From Candidatus Palauibacter sp. (GTDB lineage: Bacteria > Gemmatimonadota > Gemmatimonadetes > Palauibacterales > Palauibacteraceae), in contig NZ_CBDCUB010000008.1 of NCBI RefSeq assembly GCF_965222475.1, positions 619,020 through 683,019 on the forward strand: a stretch of DNA of 64,000 nucleotides. Reading direction: 5' to 3'. The notes beneath the pieces are model-generated. The model saw only the letters and a program-made list of their open reading frames with translations. It was not told the origin of the DNA and did no database searches. Position numbers and translations under genes: made by a program. Within the stretch, counting starts at the first letter, position 1, and each line of letters begins with the position of its first letter. Positions 54,956-62,958 of this stretch are shown in pieces.

Positions 54956-55052
54956 AGAAACTGCGCGCCCGAGACGTTATGTTCGTTGTGTGGCGGACAT
55001 CGTCCGTGCCAGTCTCCGCACGCGAAGCCTGAGGCTTGACGAGGAGTTGTAG

Positions 55053-55256
55053 ATGAGGAACAAGAGTGCGCCGGTCCTGGCGCTGATGGCCGTCCTGATC
55101 GGCCTCGCGGGGAGTTTCGCCACCGGCTGCGTGGATCTCGACGTCGGGACGCGACTCCGGTCGGACACCGACTCGATGCCGGACCCGGGGCTGGATGAGC
55201 CGAACCCCGGGAATCCGGGGAACAGCATCGTCCCGCTCGGACCTTCAGGGCACTAG
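55053..55256 (+). CDS. small putative lipoprotein (67 aa)
   Basis: GAGGAG 6 nt before the ATG; MRNKSAPVLALMAVLIGLAGSFATGC signal with a lipobox-like Cys; Pro/Gly/Asp-rich tail. Confidence 0.3.
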   Translation: MRNKSAPVLALMAVLIGLAGSFATGCVDLDVGTRLRSDTDSMPDPGLDEPNPGNPGNSIVPLGPSGH

Positions 55257-55362
55257 CGGCCCGCAACGATGAGCGAAGCGTTCACGCGCGATGGATCGCC
55301 GCTCGAATGCAGCGGGGCTTTTACCACGGGCTGCTGGCAGTCCGCGAGGAGGTTCGCCCCGC

Positions 55363-56478
55363 TCAGCGCACCCCGCGGCGGGTCCAGATGACGATGGACC
55401 CACAGCGTCCGTAGAACTGCGGCGGAGACTCCGAGACCCCGCGATAGACCTCCACCGCGGCGATCTCCGCCCCCACGGCCAGCGTATCGAGATCGATCAT
55501 CCCGTCGTCCGGATCGGTCAGTTGATGGACGCGGCGGCCGTTGACGTAGAATGTCGGTATGCACCCGCGCATCGTAGACCCCGCCATCGCGATCTGAACC
55601 TGGCAGTGCGGGAAACACCTCTCCCGAAGGTTTATGGCGGGGATCGTCCGCAGGACCTCTGCCAGCGTGCGGTGCGGCTGGCGGTCGATCTCCTCGGGCG
55701 TGACGAACGAGCCCAGGTGGCTCTCGAGACGACGGTAGAACTCGTTGTCCTCGAGCCACTTCCTGCGCGCGGTGATCGTGACCGCGATGGGTTCGACGGC
55801 AATCGGCCGGGGCTCCAGGCGGATGACGGCGTGCGTGCTCATCGCCTGATCGACCACGAGGTCCATCGTCGGCTCACCGTAGGCGATGTGTCGGATGACG
55901 ACTTCGTGCGATCCCACCGGGACATCTTCGAGGCGGAACCTCCCGTTCGAGTCCGTGACGTCCTCGGCCGAGGCCCTTGCGATCCGGATCGTGGCGCCGC
56001 CGATCGGCTGTTCCGTGGAATCGTCGATCAGGAACCCGGACACGGCCCCGAGGGCCTGCTGCAAGATGACATTCAGGTCTTCGCGGACCGTTTCGCCTCC
56101 CTCGAGGACGAAGGCGACGCGCGGGCTGGTGAGACCGAGCGCGTCCGCCCAGGCTGTGAGACGGGTGCCCTGCGGTACGTCGCAGAAGATGTAGCCGCCG
56201 TCCTCCGAGTCGGCCGCGACCCGGTTCTGGAACAACGCGCCGCCCTCGCCGCTCGTGTTCCACTCGAGGTGCACGCGGCTCCCCGGGAGCGGCATGCCGC
56301 TCCGCCCGTCGATGATCGCCCCGTAGATGATCGATTGATTCTCGATCTGGTGGACGACCTCGCAGCGGGCGCGGACCAGGGCGGGATCCAGCTGGCCGGC
56401 GAGGGGTGGAGCGCCACCGGACAGGACGACCAGCGCCGCGATCGCGCACACGGATCGCCGAACGATGGTCTCGCCCAT
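55363..56478 (-). CDS. secreted TonB-dependent-receptor plug-domain protein without beta-barrel (two carboxypeptidase-regulatory-like domains plus plug)
   Basis: Start at the internal Met (MGETIVRRSVCAIAALVVLSGGAPPLAGQ signal). …LGAVSGFLIDDSTEQPIGGATIRIARASAEDVTDSNGRFRLEDVPVGSHEVVIRHIAYGE (CarbopepD_reg), then …TPEEIDRQPHRTLAEVLRTIPAINL…IPTFYVNGRRV…IDLDTLAVGAEIAAVEVYRGVSE (plug). The protein stops about 25 aa after the plug. Confidence 0.6.
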   Translation of the reverse strand: MGETIVRRSVCAIAALVVLSGGAPPLAGQLDPALVRARCEVVHQIENQSIIYGAIIDGRSGMPLPGSRVHLEWNTSGEGGALFQNRVAADSEDGGYIFCDVPQGTRLTAWADALGLTSPRVAFVLEGGETVREDLNVILQQALGAVSGFLIDDSTEQPIGGATIRIARASAEDVTDSNGRFRLEDVPVGSHEVVIRHIAYGEPTMDLVVDQAMSTHAVIRLEPRPIAVEPIAVTITARRKWLEDNEFYRRLESHLGSFVTPEEIDRQPHRTLAEVLRTIPAINLRERCFPHCQVQIAMAGSTMRGCIPTFYVNGRRVHQLTDPDDGMIDLDTLAVGAEIAAVEVYRGVSESPPQFYGRCGSIVIWTRRGVR

Positions 56479-56554
56479 TCGAGGATCGAAGGGTTCTGAT
56501 GCGTACACAGCGGCCTGCCCCGGGCTGCCGGGATTCTGGCGACCATAATACCTC

Positions 56555-57118
56555 ATGGACCTGAGCGTGGATACGGCGGCCCGGCCGCCCCATCCCGACC
56601 TGCGCGCCGTGGCCATCGGCCTGGGCTCGAATCTCGGCCCGCGCTTCGCGCAACTGCGCGAGGCCGCCCGCCGTCTCGCGGAGGACACCCTGGTCGATGC
56701 GAGCTTCTCGCGGGTCTACGAGACCGTCCCCGCCTACGGTCTGGATCAGCCACCGTACCTGAATGCCTGCTGCGTGGGGTGGACGCGCCGGGATCCGGGC
56801 GGGCTGCTCGCGACCCTCAAGAACCTGGAGTCCGAGGCGGGCCGGGACCCGGGGGCCCCGAGGTTCGCCTCGCGCCCGCTCGATCTCGACATCCTCCTCT
56901 ACGCGGACGAGGTTGTGTCGACTCCGCGCCTCACGATCCCGCACCCCGCGTTGCGGGAGCGTGCCTTCGTGCTCGTGCCCCTGGCGGAGATCGCAGGAGC
57001 GTGGCGGCATCCCGCGCTCCGCCTGACGATCTCCGAACTCGCGGCGGCGGTCGATCCCGTGGGGGTACAGGTCACGCATCTCCGTCTGAGGGAGGCCAGA
57101 GAGGCCCATGAGCCGTAG
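56555..57118 (+). CDS. folK: 2-amino-4-hydroxy-6-hydroxymethyldihydropteridine pyrophosphokinase
   Basis: …AVAIGLGSNLGP…SRVYETVPAYGLDQPPYLNACCVGWT…RPLDLDILLYADEVVSTPRLTIPHPALRERAFVLVPLAEIA…. Confidence 0.85.
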   Translation: MDLSVDTAARPPHPDLRAVAIGLGSNLGPRFAQLREAARRLAEDTLVDASFSRVYETVPAYGLDQPPYLNACCVGWTRRDPGGLLATLKNLESEAGRDPGAPRFASRPLDLDILLYADEVVSTPRLTIPHPALRERAFVLVPLAEIAGAWRHPALRLTISELAAAVDPVGVQVTHLRLREAREAHEP

Positions 57119-58262
57119 GACCCTCGAAGTCCGGACCCCCGCGGGCGGGCGCTATTCGATCCACGTCGAGCCGGGCCTGCTCGGCGACGTGGCCGCGGTT
57201 TGCCGCCGACACGCTCCCGCGCACCGGTACGCCGTGATCGCGGATTCGCAGGTGGCGCGGCTCTACGGCTCCGCCGTCGTGGCCAGCTTCGCCGGGGCCG
57301 GCCTCGGGGCCGAGCTGGTCCCGTTTCCGGCCGGCGAGTGGAACAAGAGCCGCGAGCAGTGGGCCGCGCTGAGCGATCGCATGGTCCGGGCGGGATTCGG
57401 CCGGGATTCCGCCGTCGTCGCGCTCGGTGGCGGCGTTGCGGGGGACCTCGCGGGGTTCGTCGCCGCGACGTACATGCGCGGTCTCCCCGTCGTCCAGGTT
57501 CCCACGACGCTGCTGGCCATGCTCGACAGCTCCGTGGGGGGGAAGACGGGGGTCGACACCGCGGCGGGCAAGAACCTGATCGGCGCCTTCCATCACCCTT
57601 CGGCCGTCCTCATCGATCCGGCCGTACTCCGGACCCTCCCGCGCCACCAGCGCTGCGCCGGTCTGGCGGAAGCCGTGAAGACGGCGGCCATCCTCGATCT
57701 GGAGCTGTGGCGCTGGATCGAGTCCCGGGCCGCGGACCTCGCCGGAGGTGAACCCGCGGCCTCGGCCGAACTCATAGAGCGGGTCGTCCGGCACAAGGCG
57801 GCGGTCGTGGCGGACGATCCCCTCGAGCGCGGCGTGCGGGAGATCCTGAACTTCGGGCACACCGTGGGGCACGCGCTCGAAGCGCTCGAGGGGTACAAGC
57901 TCCTCCATGGCGAGGCCGTCGCCGCGGGCATGCGGGTCGAGGCCCGCCTCGGGGAGTCGCTCGGGATCACCGAGAGGGGCACCGCCCGGCGGCTCACGGC
58001 GGCCCTCGAGGCGTGCGGGCTCGATGGCGACTGGGAGAGCGAACGCCGGGCAACGGAGATCCGTGAGGCGATGTCGATGGACAAGAAGGCCCGCCGGGGC
58101 CGCGTGCGCTGCGTGTTCCTGGCCCGCGTGGGCGAAGTGGCGACCGATCCCGACGGGCGCCACAGCTTTGCGCTCGACGAAGAGGCTCTGGGCGAGCCGC
58201 TCGCCGCGGCTTTACGGCCAGCCTCGGAGAGTGGAGATTGTCCGGACCCTGGCGGCCCATGA
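57108..58262 (+). CDS. aroB: 3-dehydroquinate synthase
   Basis: …VVALGGGVAGDLAGFVAATYMRGLPVVQVPTTLLAMLDSSVGGKTGVD…KNLIGAFHHP…NFGHTVGHALE…. Confidence 0.9.
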   Translation: MSRRTLEVRTPAGGRYSIHVEPGLLGDVAAVCRRHAPAHRYAVIADSQVARLYGSAVVASFAGAGLGAELVPFPAGEWNKSREQWAALSDRMVRAGFGRDSAVVALGGGVAGDLAGFVAATYMRGLPVVQVPTTLLAMLDSSVGGKTGVDTAAGKNLIGAFHHPSAVLIDPAVLRTLPRHQRCAGLAEAVKTAAILDLELWRWIESRAADLAGGEPAASAELIERVVRHKAAVVADDPLERGVREILNFGHTVGHALEALEGYKLLHGEAVAAGMRVEARLGESLGITERGTARRLTAALEACGLDGDWESERRATEIREAMSMDKKARRGRVRCVFLARVGEVATDPDGRHSFALDEEALGEPLAAALRPASESGDCPDPGGP

Positions 58263-58311
58263 CGAGACTTCACGACGCGCGGTTTGCCGCGGGCCGCCCA
58301 CTGGATACCAA

Positions 58312-59928
58312 GTGACCCCAGCCGACTACTCGAAGATCCCGCCGCTGAGCGTCGCCGACCTGTTCGCCGGACACGTCGAGTCGCACCCTCACGCGCCCTG
58401 CCTGTGGGCCGGCGGCGGATCCTGGAGCTACTCCCGCGTCGCTGCGCAGGCCCGGGCGCTGGCCGTCGGGCTGCACAATCTGGGCGTAGAGCCGGGCGAT
58501 CGGGTCGCGATCGACCTTCCGAACTGGTCCGAGTTCGTGATCTCCGCGCTGGCGGCCGCCGATGCGGGGGCCGTCCTCGTTCCGATCAACCCGACCTGTT
58601 CGGCGCGAGAGCTTCGCTTCATCCTGCGCAACTCCGAAGCGGCCGTCGCGATCACCGCCGAGGCGTGGAACGGCATCGACTATCTCCAGCGTTTCGAGAG
58701 CCTCCTCATCGAATTGCCGGATCTGCAGTACGTGGTCACGGTCGGGGAAGAGGACCTCTGGTACGACGACCGGATCTTCCAGTACGAGGATCTGATCGCG
58801 GCCGGCCGCGGCCGCGAAGCGCCGCCCGCGGAGGTGGACCCGGGCCGGGATTCGTGCGCGATTCTCTACACGTCCGGCACCACGGGGGCCCCGAAGGGGG
58901 TCGTCCTCACGCACGACAACCTCGTGCGCACGGCGCTCGGGACCGCCCACCGGATGATGCTGGGCCGCGAAGATCGGACCCTGTGCAGCGTACCGCTGGC
59001 GAACATCTTCGGGTTGACCGCCATGCTGACGACGCTCGGTACCGGAGGCTCGCTGCTCCTGCAGGAGATGTTCGACCCGGCGGACGCGCTCGCGCTCGCG
59101 GCCGAACACGAGGCGACGGTGGTGCATGGTGTCCCCACGATGTTCGTCATGTTGCTCCGCGAGATCGAGCGCGCGGGGTCGCGGACGGGTTCCCTGCGGA
59201 CGGGCGTCATCGCCGGGGCCCCCGTCAGAGAGGACCTCGTGCGGGACGTGCGCCGGCGCCTGGTCCCCGACCTCGAGATCGCCTACGGCCTCACCGAGAC
59301 CTCGCCCACCGTCTCGATCACCACCCGCTCCGATCCCGAGGCCAAGCGCGCCCACACGGTCGGCCGTCCGCTCGACGGGGTCGAGATCAAGGTGCTCGAG
59401 GAGGACGGCAGCGAACTCCCCGATGAGTCCGTCGGACAGCTCGCCGTCCGGGGCTTCAACGTGATGCGCGGCTATTTCCGGCAGCCGGGACAGACCCGCA
59501 AGACGATGACCGACGACGGTTTCCTGAAGACGGGCGACCTTGCGATGGTCGACCCGGAGGGTTATCTGCATATCGTTGGCCGTTCGAGCGATGCGATCAT
59601 CCGCGGGGGTTACAGCATCCATCCCGCCGAGATCGAGGCGCAGCTCCGGTCCCACCCTGCGGTGGATGAGGCGGTGGTTCTGGGGGTTCCCAACGACGTT
59701 CTGGGTGAACTCATCTGCGCATGCGTGCTCACGGCCGAAGGGGCGTTGATCACGGCGGAAGAGATCCGCGACTTCTGCCACGAGTCGCTGGCCGACAACA
59801 GAGTGCCGGATGTCATCCACTTCCTGGATGAGCTTCCGGAGGCCTCGACCGCGCGCGCGCGCCGCGTGAGTCTGGCCCGCATCATACGCGCCGAGGCCGA
59901 AACGAGAACCGGGCAGAGCGAACGGTAG
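58312..59928 (+). CDS. AMP-dependent acyl-CoA synthetase/ligase (start uncertain; GTG at about 58312 proposed)
   Basis: …GDRVAIDLPNWSEFV…, AMP-binding motif ILYTSGTTGAPKGVVLTHDN, …YGLTETSP…, …GDLAMVDPEGYLHIVGRSSDAIIRGGYSIHPAEIE…. The ORF track begins at 57907 inside aroB in another frame. Confidence 0.8.
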   Translation: MTPADYSKIPPLSVADLFAGHVESHPHAPCLWAGGGSWSYSRVAAQARALAVGLHNLGVEPGDRVAIDLPNWSEFVISALAAADAGAVLVPINPTCSARELRFILRNSEAAVAITAEAWNGIDYLQRFESLLIELPDLQYVVTVGEEDLWYDDRIFQYEDLIAAGRGREAPPAEVDPGRDSCAILYTSGTTGAPKGVVLTHDNLVRTALGTAHRMMLGREDRTLCSVPLANIFGLTAMLTTLGTGGSLLLQEMFDPADALALAAEHEATVVHGVPTMFVMLLREIERAGSRTGSLRTGVIAGAPVREDLVRDVRRRLVPDLEIAYGLTETSPTVSITTRSDPEAKRAHTVGRPLDGVEIKVLEEDGSELPDESVGQLAVRGFNVMRGYFRQPGQTRKTMTDDGFLKTGDLAMVDPEGYLHIVGRSSDAIIRGGYSIHPAEIEAQLRSHPAVDEAVVLGVPNDVLGELICACVLTAEGALITAEEIRDFCHESLADNRVPDVIHFLDELPEASTARARRVSLARIIRAEAETRTGQSER

Positions 59929-60092
59929 TCGGCGCCGCCGGGATGACCGTCCAGCGAGGACGGCTCCGGACGGCGCTGCGGTAAGAACGCGAACGGTGGT
60001 CCGACGACCCCTCTCGCCATCCCCCCCGTCGAACGGGGGCGAGGGAGGGGGGCCTCAAGGAACCGTTCGCAGCAACGAACGGAACAAGAGGC

Positions 60093-62333
60093 ATGAACGA
60101 ATCCTACACGCGGGCGCCGCACAGGCATCCAGCCGCCGATACGGTACGACACACCGCGGCGCTCCTCATCGACTTCGACAACGTCACCATGGGGATCCGG
60201 TCCAACATGGGCCAGGAACTCCGCAATTTCCTCGACTCCGACATCATCCGCGGCAAGGTCGCGGTCCAGCGCGCGTACGCGGACTGGCGCAGATATCCCC
60301 AGTACATCGTGTCGCTGTCCGAGGCCTCGGTGGACCTGATCTTCGCACCCGCCTACGGATCGTCGAAGAAGAACGCGACAGACATCCGGCTCGCTATCGA
60401 CGCGCTCGAGCTGGTGTTCACGCGCCCCGAGATCGAGACCTTCATCCTCCTCTCGGGAGACTCCGATTTTTCGAGCCTCGTGCTGAAGCTGAAGGAGTAC
60501 GGCAAGTACGTGATCGGCGTGGGACTGCAGGAGTCGACTTCCGATATCCTGGTCCAGAACTGCGACGAGTACTACAGCTACAACCGCCTGTCGGGGCTCA
60601 CCTCCGCCGACGAGATCCAGACGGACAAGCGCGATCCTTGGGAACTGACGACGCGGGCGGTCACGCGGATGGCCGAGCGCGGCGACGTGATGCGATCGGA
60701 CCGGCTCAAGCAGGTCATGCTGGAGATGGACCCCGGTTTCGACGAGCGTTCCGCCGGTTTCTCCAGGTTCAACCGTTTCCTCGGCGAAGCCGCGCAGCGC
60801 GAAGGGATCGTGCTCCGCAAGCGGGAGAACGGACAGTACGAGGTCGCCCCTCCGGCCGGCGGCGCGTCGCCCGCCGACGGGAACGCCGGACGCCGGAGCA
60901 AGACGGCTTCGGACGGAGAGAGTGCGCAGCGCAGCCGGAACCGGCGGGGACGTCGGGGAGGTTCCGGCCGGGGCCGCTCTCGGTCCCCGGCCTCGAAGCC
61001 CGCGTCGGAACCGGCGCCGTCGCCCGAGGCGAAGGCGTCGGACGACGGCCTGCAGGGCGCCTACGACGCGCTGGCGCGCGCGGTCGGCGACCTGTCTCCG
61101 GGCGGGGCTCCGGTCCGCGACTCCATGGCCAAGCGGAAGCTGCTCGAGTACGACAGCTCCTTTGACGAGGGGAGCGTCGGCTTCAGCAAGTTCAGCCTCT
61201 TCCTTCGCGCCGCCCACGAGGCGGGGGTCATCCGGATGACGCGGCACGACGACGGCAACCACTACCTGACGCCGGCCGGGGCCGGGGCCGGGGAGAAGCC
61301 GGGGCAGCAGAAGCGGGCGCAGCAGAAGCGGGCGCAGCAGGCACAGCAGAAGCCGGACGGCGGGCGAGGGCGGTCTCCGTTCTCGGCGGCCGCGGCCGCC
61401 GCTCGGAAGACGCTGGGTCGTCTCCGGCGAGGGCCGGATGCCGAAGAGGGACCGGCGGAGCCGATGGATCGCCCGGATGCGCCTCGGGCAGCGGAGGCCC
61501 CGCGGGACCGCGGGACCGCGTCCGCCGCGAGCCGCGGTACGCGACAGCGTTCTCGACAGGACCGCGGATCGCCCCGGCGCGACCACCCGCGACCGCAGGG
61601 CTCGCGAGCGAAAGAGGAGCCCGCTCCGGCCGCCGCCGCCGGGGCGCCGAAGCCCGCGAGTTCGCCTCCGGAGCGCAAGAGCCAGCCTCCGGAGCAGAAG
61701 AGCCAGCCTCCGGAGCAGAAGAGCCAGCCTCCGGAGCAGAAGAGCCAGCCTCCGGAGCAGAAGAGCCAGCCGGCCGTGCGGAAGAGCCAGCCGGCCGTGC
61801 GGAAGAGTCGGTCGGCGGCGCCCCGGCGCGAACCCGCGGCCCGCCCGCAAGAACCCGCAGCCCGTCCCGCCGAGCCCGTTGGGCAACAGAGTGAGCCCGG
61901 GGGCTCGGAGAAGCCGGCTCCCCGGCGCACTCTGGGGCGCTACCGGTCGGGGTCGCGCGGCCGCGCCCCCGCGCCGCGGACGGCCGGAAGGGCGAGCGGC
62001 CCCCGCATCGGGCCGATCTCCGATGACGAAGTGCCTTCCGATGGCGCGAAGAAGGAGGCGGAGCAGGAGACGAAGAGGGCGGCGGCGACGCGCGAGCGGG
62101 GCCGGACGCGGCGGAAGCCCGAAGGACCGCGGAAGCCCGTCGCCGGGCCTGTCGTTCACATGGTCCGGAACTACGCCGGCGTCGGGAAGCGCACCGCGGA
62201 GGTGCTGTTCGATCATTTCGGCGACCAGTTGTTCGACGTCATCGACTCCGACCCGCAGCGTCTGACCGAGGTGCTCTCCGGGGCCCGCGCGAAGATCGTC
62301 CGGGAGGCCCGTCGCGCCGAGCTCGAAAGCTGA
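60093..62333 (+). CDS. NYN-domain plus tandem OST-HTH/LOTUS-domain protein with a long low-complexity repeat region and a C-terminal HhH-like segment
   Basis: NYN/LabA-like: …ALLIDFDNV…DIRLAIDALELVFTRPEIETFILLSGDSDFSSLVLKLKEYGKYVIGVG…. Two OST-HTH-like segments (…DRLKQVMLEMDPGFDERSAGFSRFNRFLGEAAQREGIVL…; …KRKLLEYDSSFDEGSVGFSKFSLFLRAAHEAGVI…). Then a Pro/Ser/Arg/Gln-rich region with (PPEQKSQ)x4 and (PAVRKSQ)x2, and a C-terminal …VGKRTAEVLFDHFGDQLFDVIDSDPQRLTEVL…. Confidence 0.7.
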   Translation: MNESYTRAPHRHPAADTVRHTAALLIDFDNVTMGIRSNMGQELRNFLDSDIIRGKVAVQRAYADWRRYPQYIVSLSEASVDLIFAPAYGSSKKNATDIRLAIDALELVFTRPEIETFILLSGDSDFSSLVLKLKEYGKYVIGVGLQESTSDILVQNCDEYYSYNRLSGLTSADEIQTDKRDPWELTTRAVTRMAERGDVMRSDRLKQVMLEMDPGFDERSAGFSRFNRFLGEAAQREGIVLRKRENGQYEVAPPAGGASPADGNAGRRSKTASDGESAQRSRNRRGRRGGSGRGRSRSPASKPASEPAPSPEAKASDDGLQGAYDALARAVGDLSPGGAPVRDSMAKRKLLEYDSSFDEGSVGFSKFSLFLRAAHEAGVIRMTRHDDGNHYLTPAGAGAGEKPGQQKRAQQKRAQQAQQKPDGGRGRSPFSAAAAAARKTLGRLRRGPDAEEGPAEPMDRPDAPRAAEAPRDRGTASAASRGTRQRSRQDRGSPRRDHPRPQGSRAKEEPAPAAAAGAPKPASSPPERKSQPPEQKSQPPEQKSQPPEQKSQPPEQKSQPAVRKSQPAVRKSRSAAPRREPAARPQEPAARPAEPVGQQSEPGGSEKPAPRRTLGRYRSGSRGRAPAPRTAGRASGPRIGPISDDEVPSDGAKKEAEQETKRAAATRERGRTRRKPEGPRKPVAGPVVHMVRNYAGVGKRTAEVLFDHFGDQLFDVIDSDPQRLTEVLSGARAKIVREARRAELES
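61676..61810 (+). repeat. in-frame tandem repeats inside 60093..62333: about 4.5 copies of 21 bp (CCGGAGCAGAAGAGCCAGCCT) followed by 2 copies of 24 bp (…GCCGTGCGGAAGAGCCAGCCG)
   Basis: …gagcgcaagagccagcctccggagcagaagagccagcctccggagcagaagagccagcctccggagcagaagagccagcctccggagcagaagagccagccggccgtgcggaagagccagccggccgtgcggaag…. Confidence 0.8.
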
Positions 62334-62434
62334 CCGGGAGAAGAACCCCGTCCGGAGCGGAGCGCACCGAACCGCTGAGTCCGGATTTCTTCGCCCGTCC
62401 CGCCGCGGAGGTCGCGAGAGACCTGCTCGGCTGT

Positions 62435-62941
62435 GTGCTGCGCTCGGAGTGTGAGGGCGAGCGAACGGCCGGCCGCATCGTGGAGACGGAGGCCTACACG
62501 GGACCCGAGGACGAGGCCTGTCACGCGGCCGAACGGATCGGGCGCACCACACGCAACGCACCCCTCTTCGGCCCGCCGGGCACCGCATACATCCATCGAA
62601 ACTACGGGATCCACTGGCTCCTCAACGTCGTGACGGGTCCCGAGGGATTCCCGGCCGGCGTCCTCCTGCGTGCCGCCGAACCCCTCGAGGGCGCCGACGT
62701 GATGCGCCTCCGGCGCGGCCGCGAAGAGCTGACCAACGGGCCCGCCCGCCTCGCGCAGGCGCTCGCCGTCGGGCCGCAGCTCCAGGGACACCGGCTCGAT
62801 CGCCGCCCCCTTTCGCTGCACCGGGGCGAGCCCGTCCCCGACGAGGAGACGGAGGTGACGACGCGGATCGGGATCTCGCGCGCGGCGGACCGACCCCTCA
62901 GGTTCTACGATCGACGGAGTCGCTGGATCTCGCGGCGCTGA
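62435..62941 (+). CDS. mpg: DNA-3-methyladenine glycosylase (Mpg/AAG family). The conserved N-terminus extends about 20 codons upstream of the first canonical start.
   Basis: …GRIVETEAYTGPEDEACHA…GTAYIHRNYGIHWLLNVVTGPEGFPAGVLLRAAEPLEG…NGPARLAQAL…GISRAADRPLRFY. The in-frame sequence upstream of the GTG encodes LSPDFFARPAAEVARDLLGCVL, the typical family N-terminus, but with no ATG/GTG/TTG. Confidence 0.8.
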   Translation: MLRSECEGERTAGRIVETEAYTGPEDEACHAAERIGRTTRNAPLFGPPGTAYIHRNYGIHWLLNVVTGPEGFPAGVLLRAAEPLEGADVMRLRRGREELTNGPARLAQALAVGPQLQGHRLDRRPLSLHRGEPVPDEETEVTTRIGISRAADRPLRFYDRRSRWISRR

Positions 62942-62958
62942 ACCCCGGGAGGATGTGA

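Noticed and set aside
62331-62436. Possible in-frame stop-codon readthrough fusing the NYN/LOTUS protein to mpg.
   Set aside because: My hand count put mpg in frame with the upstream TGA. The supplied ORF-track coordinates, however, imply a 1-nt offset (frames differ). I cannot resolve this without re-checking the raw sequence, so the fusion idea is not claimed.
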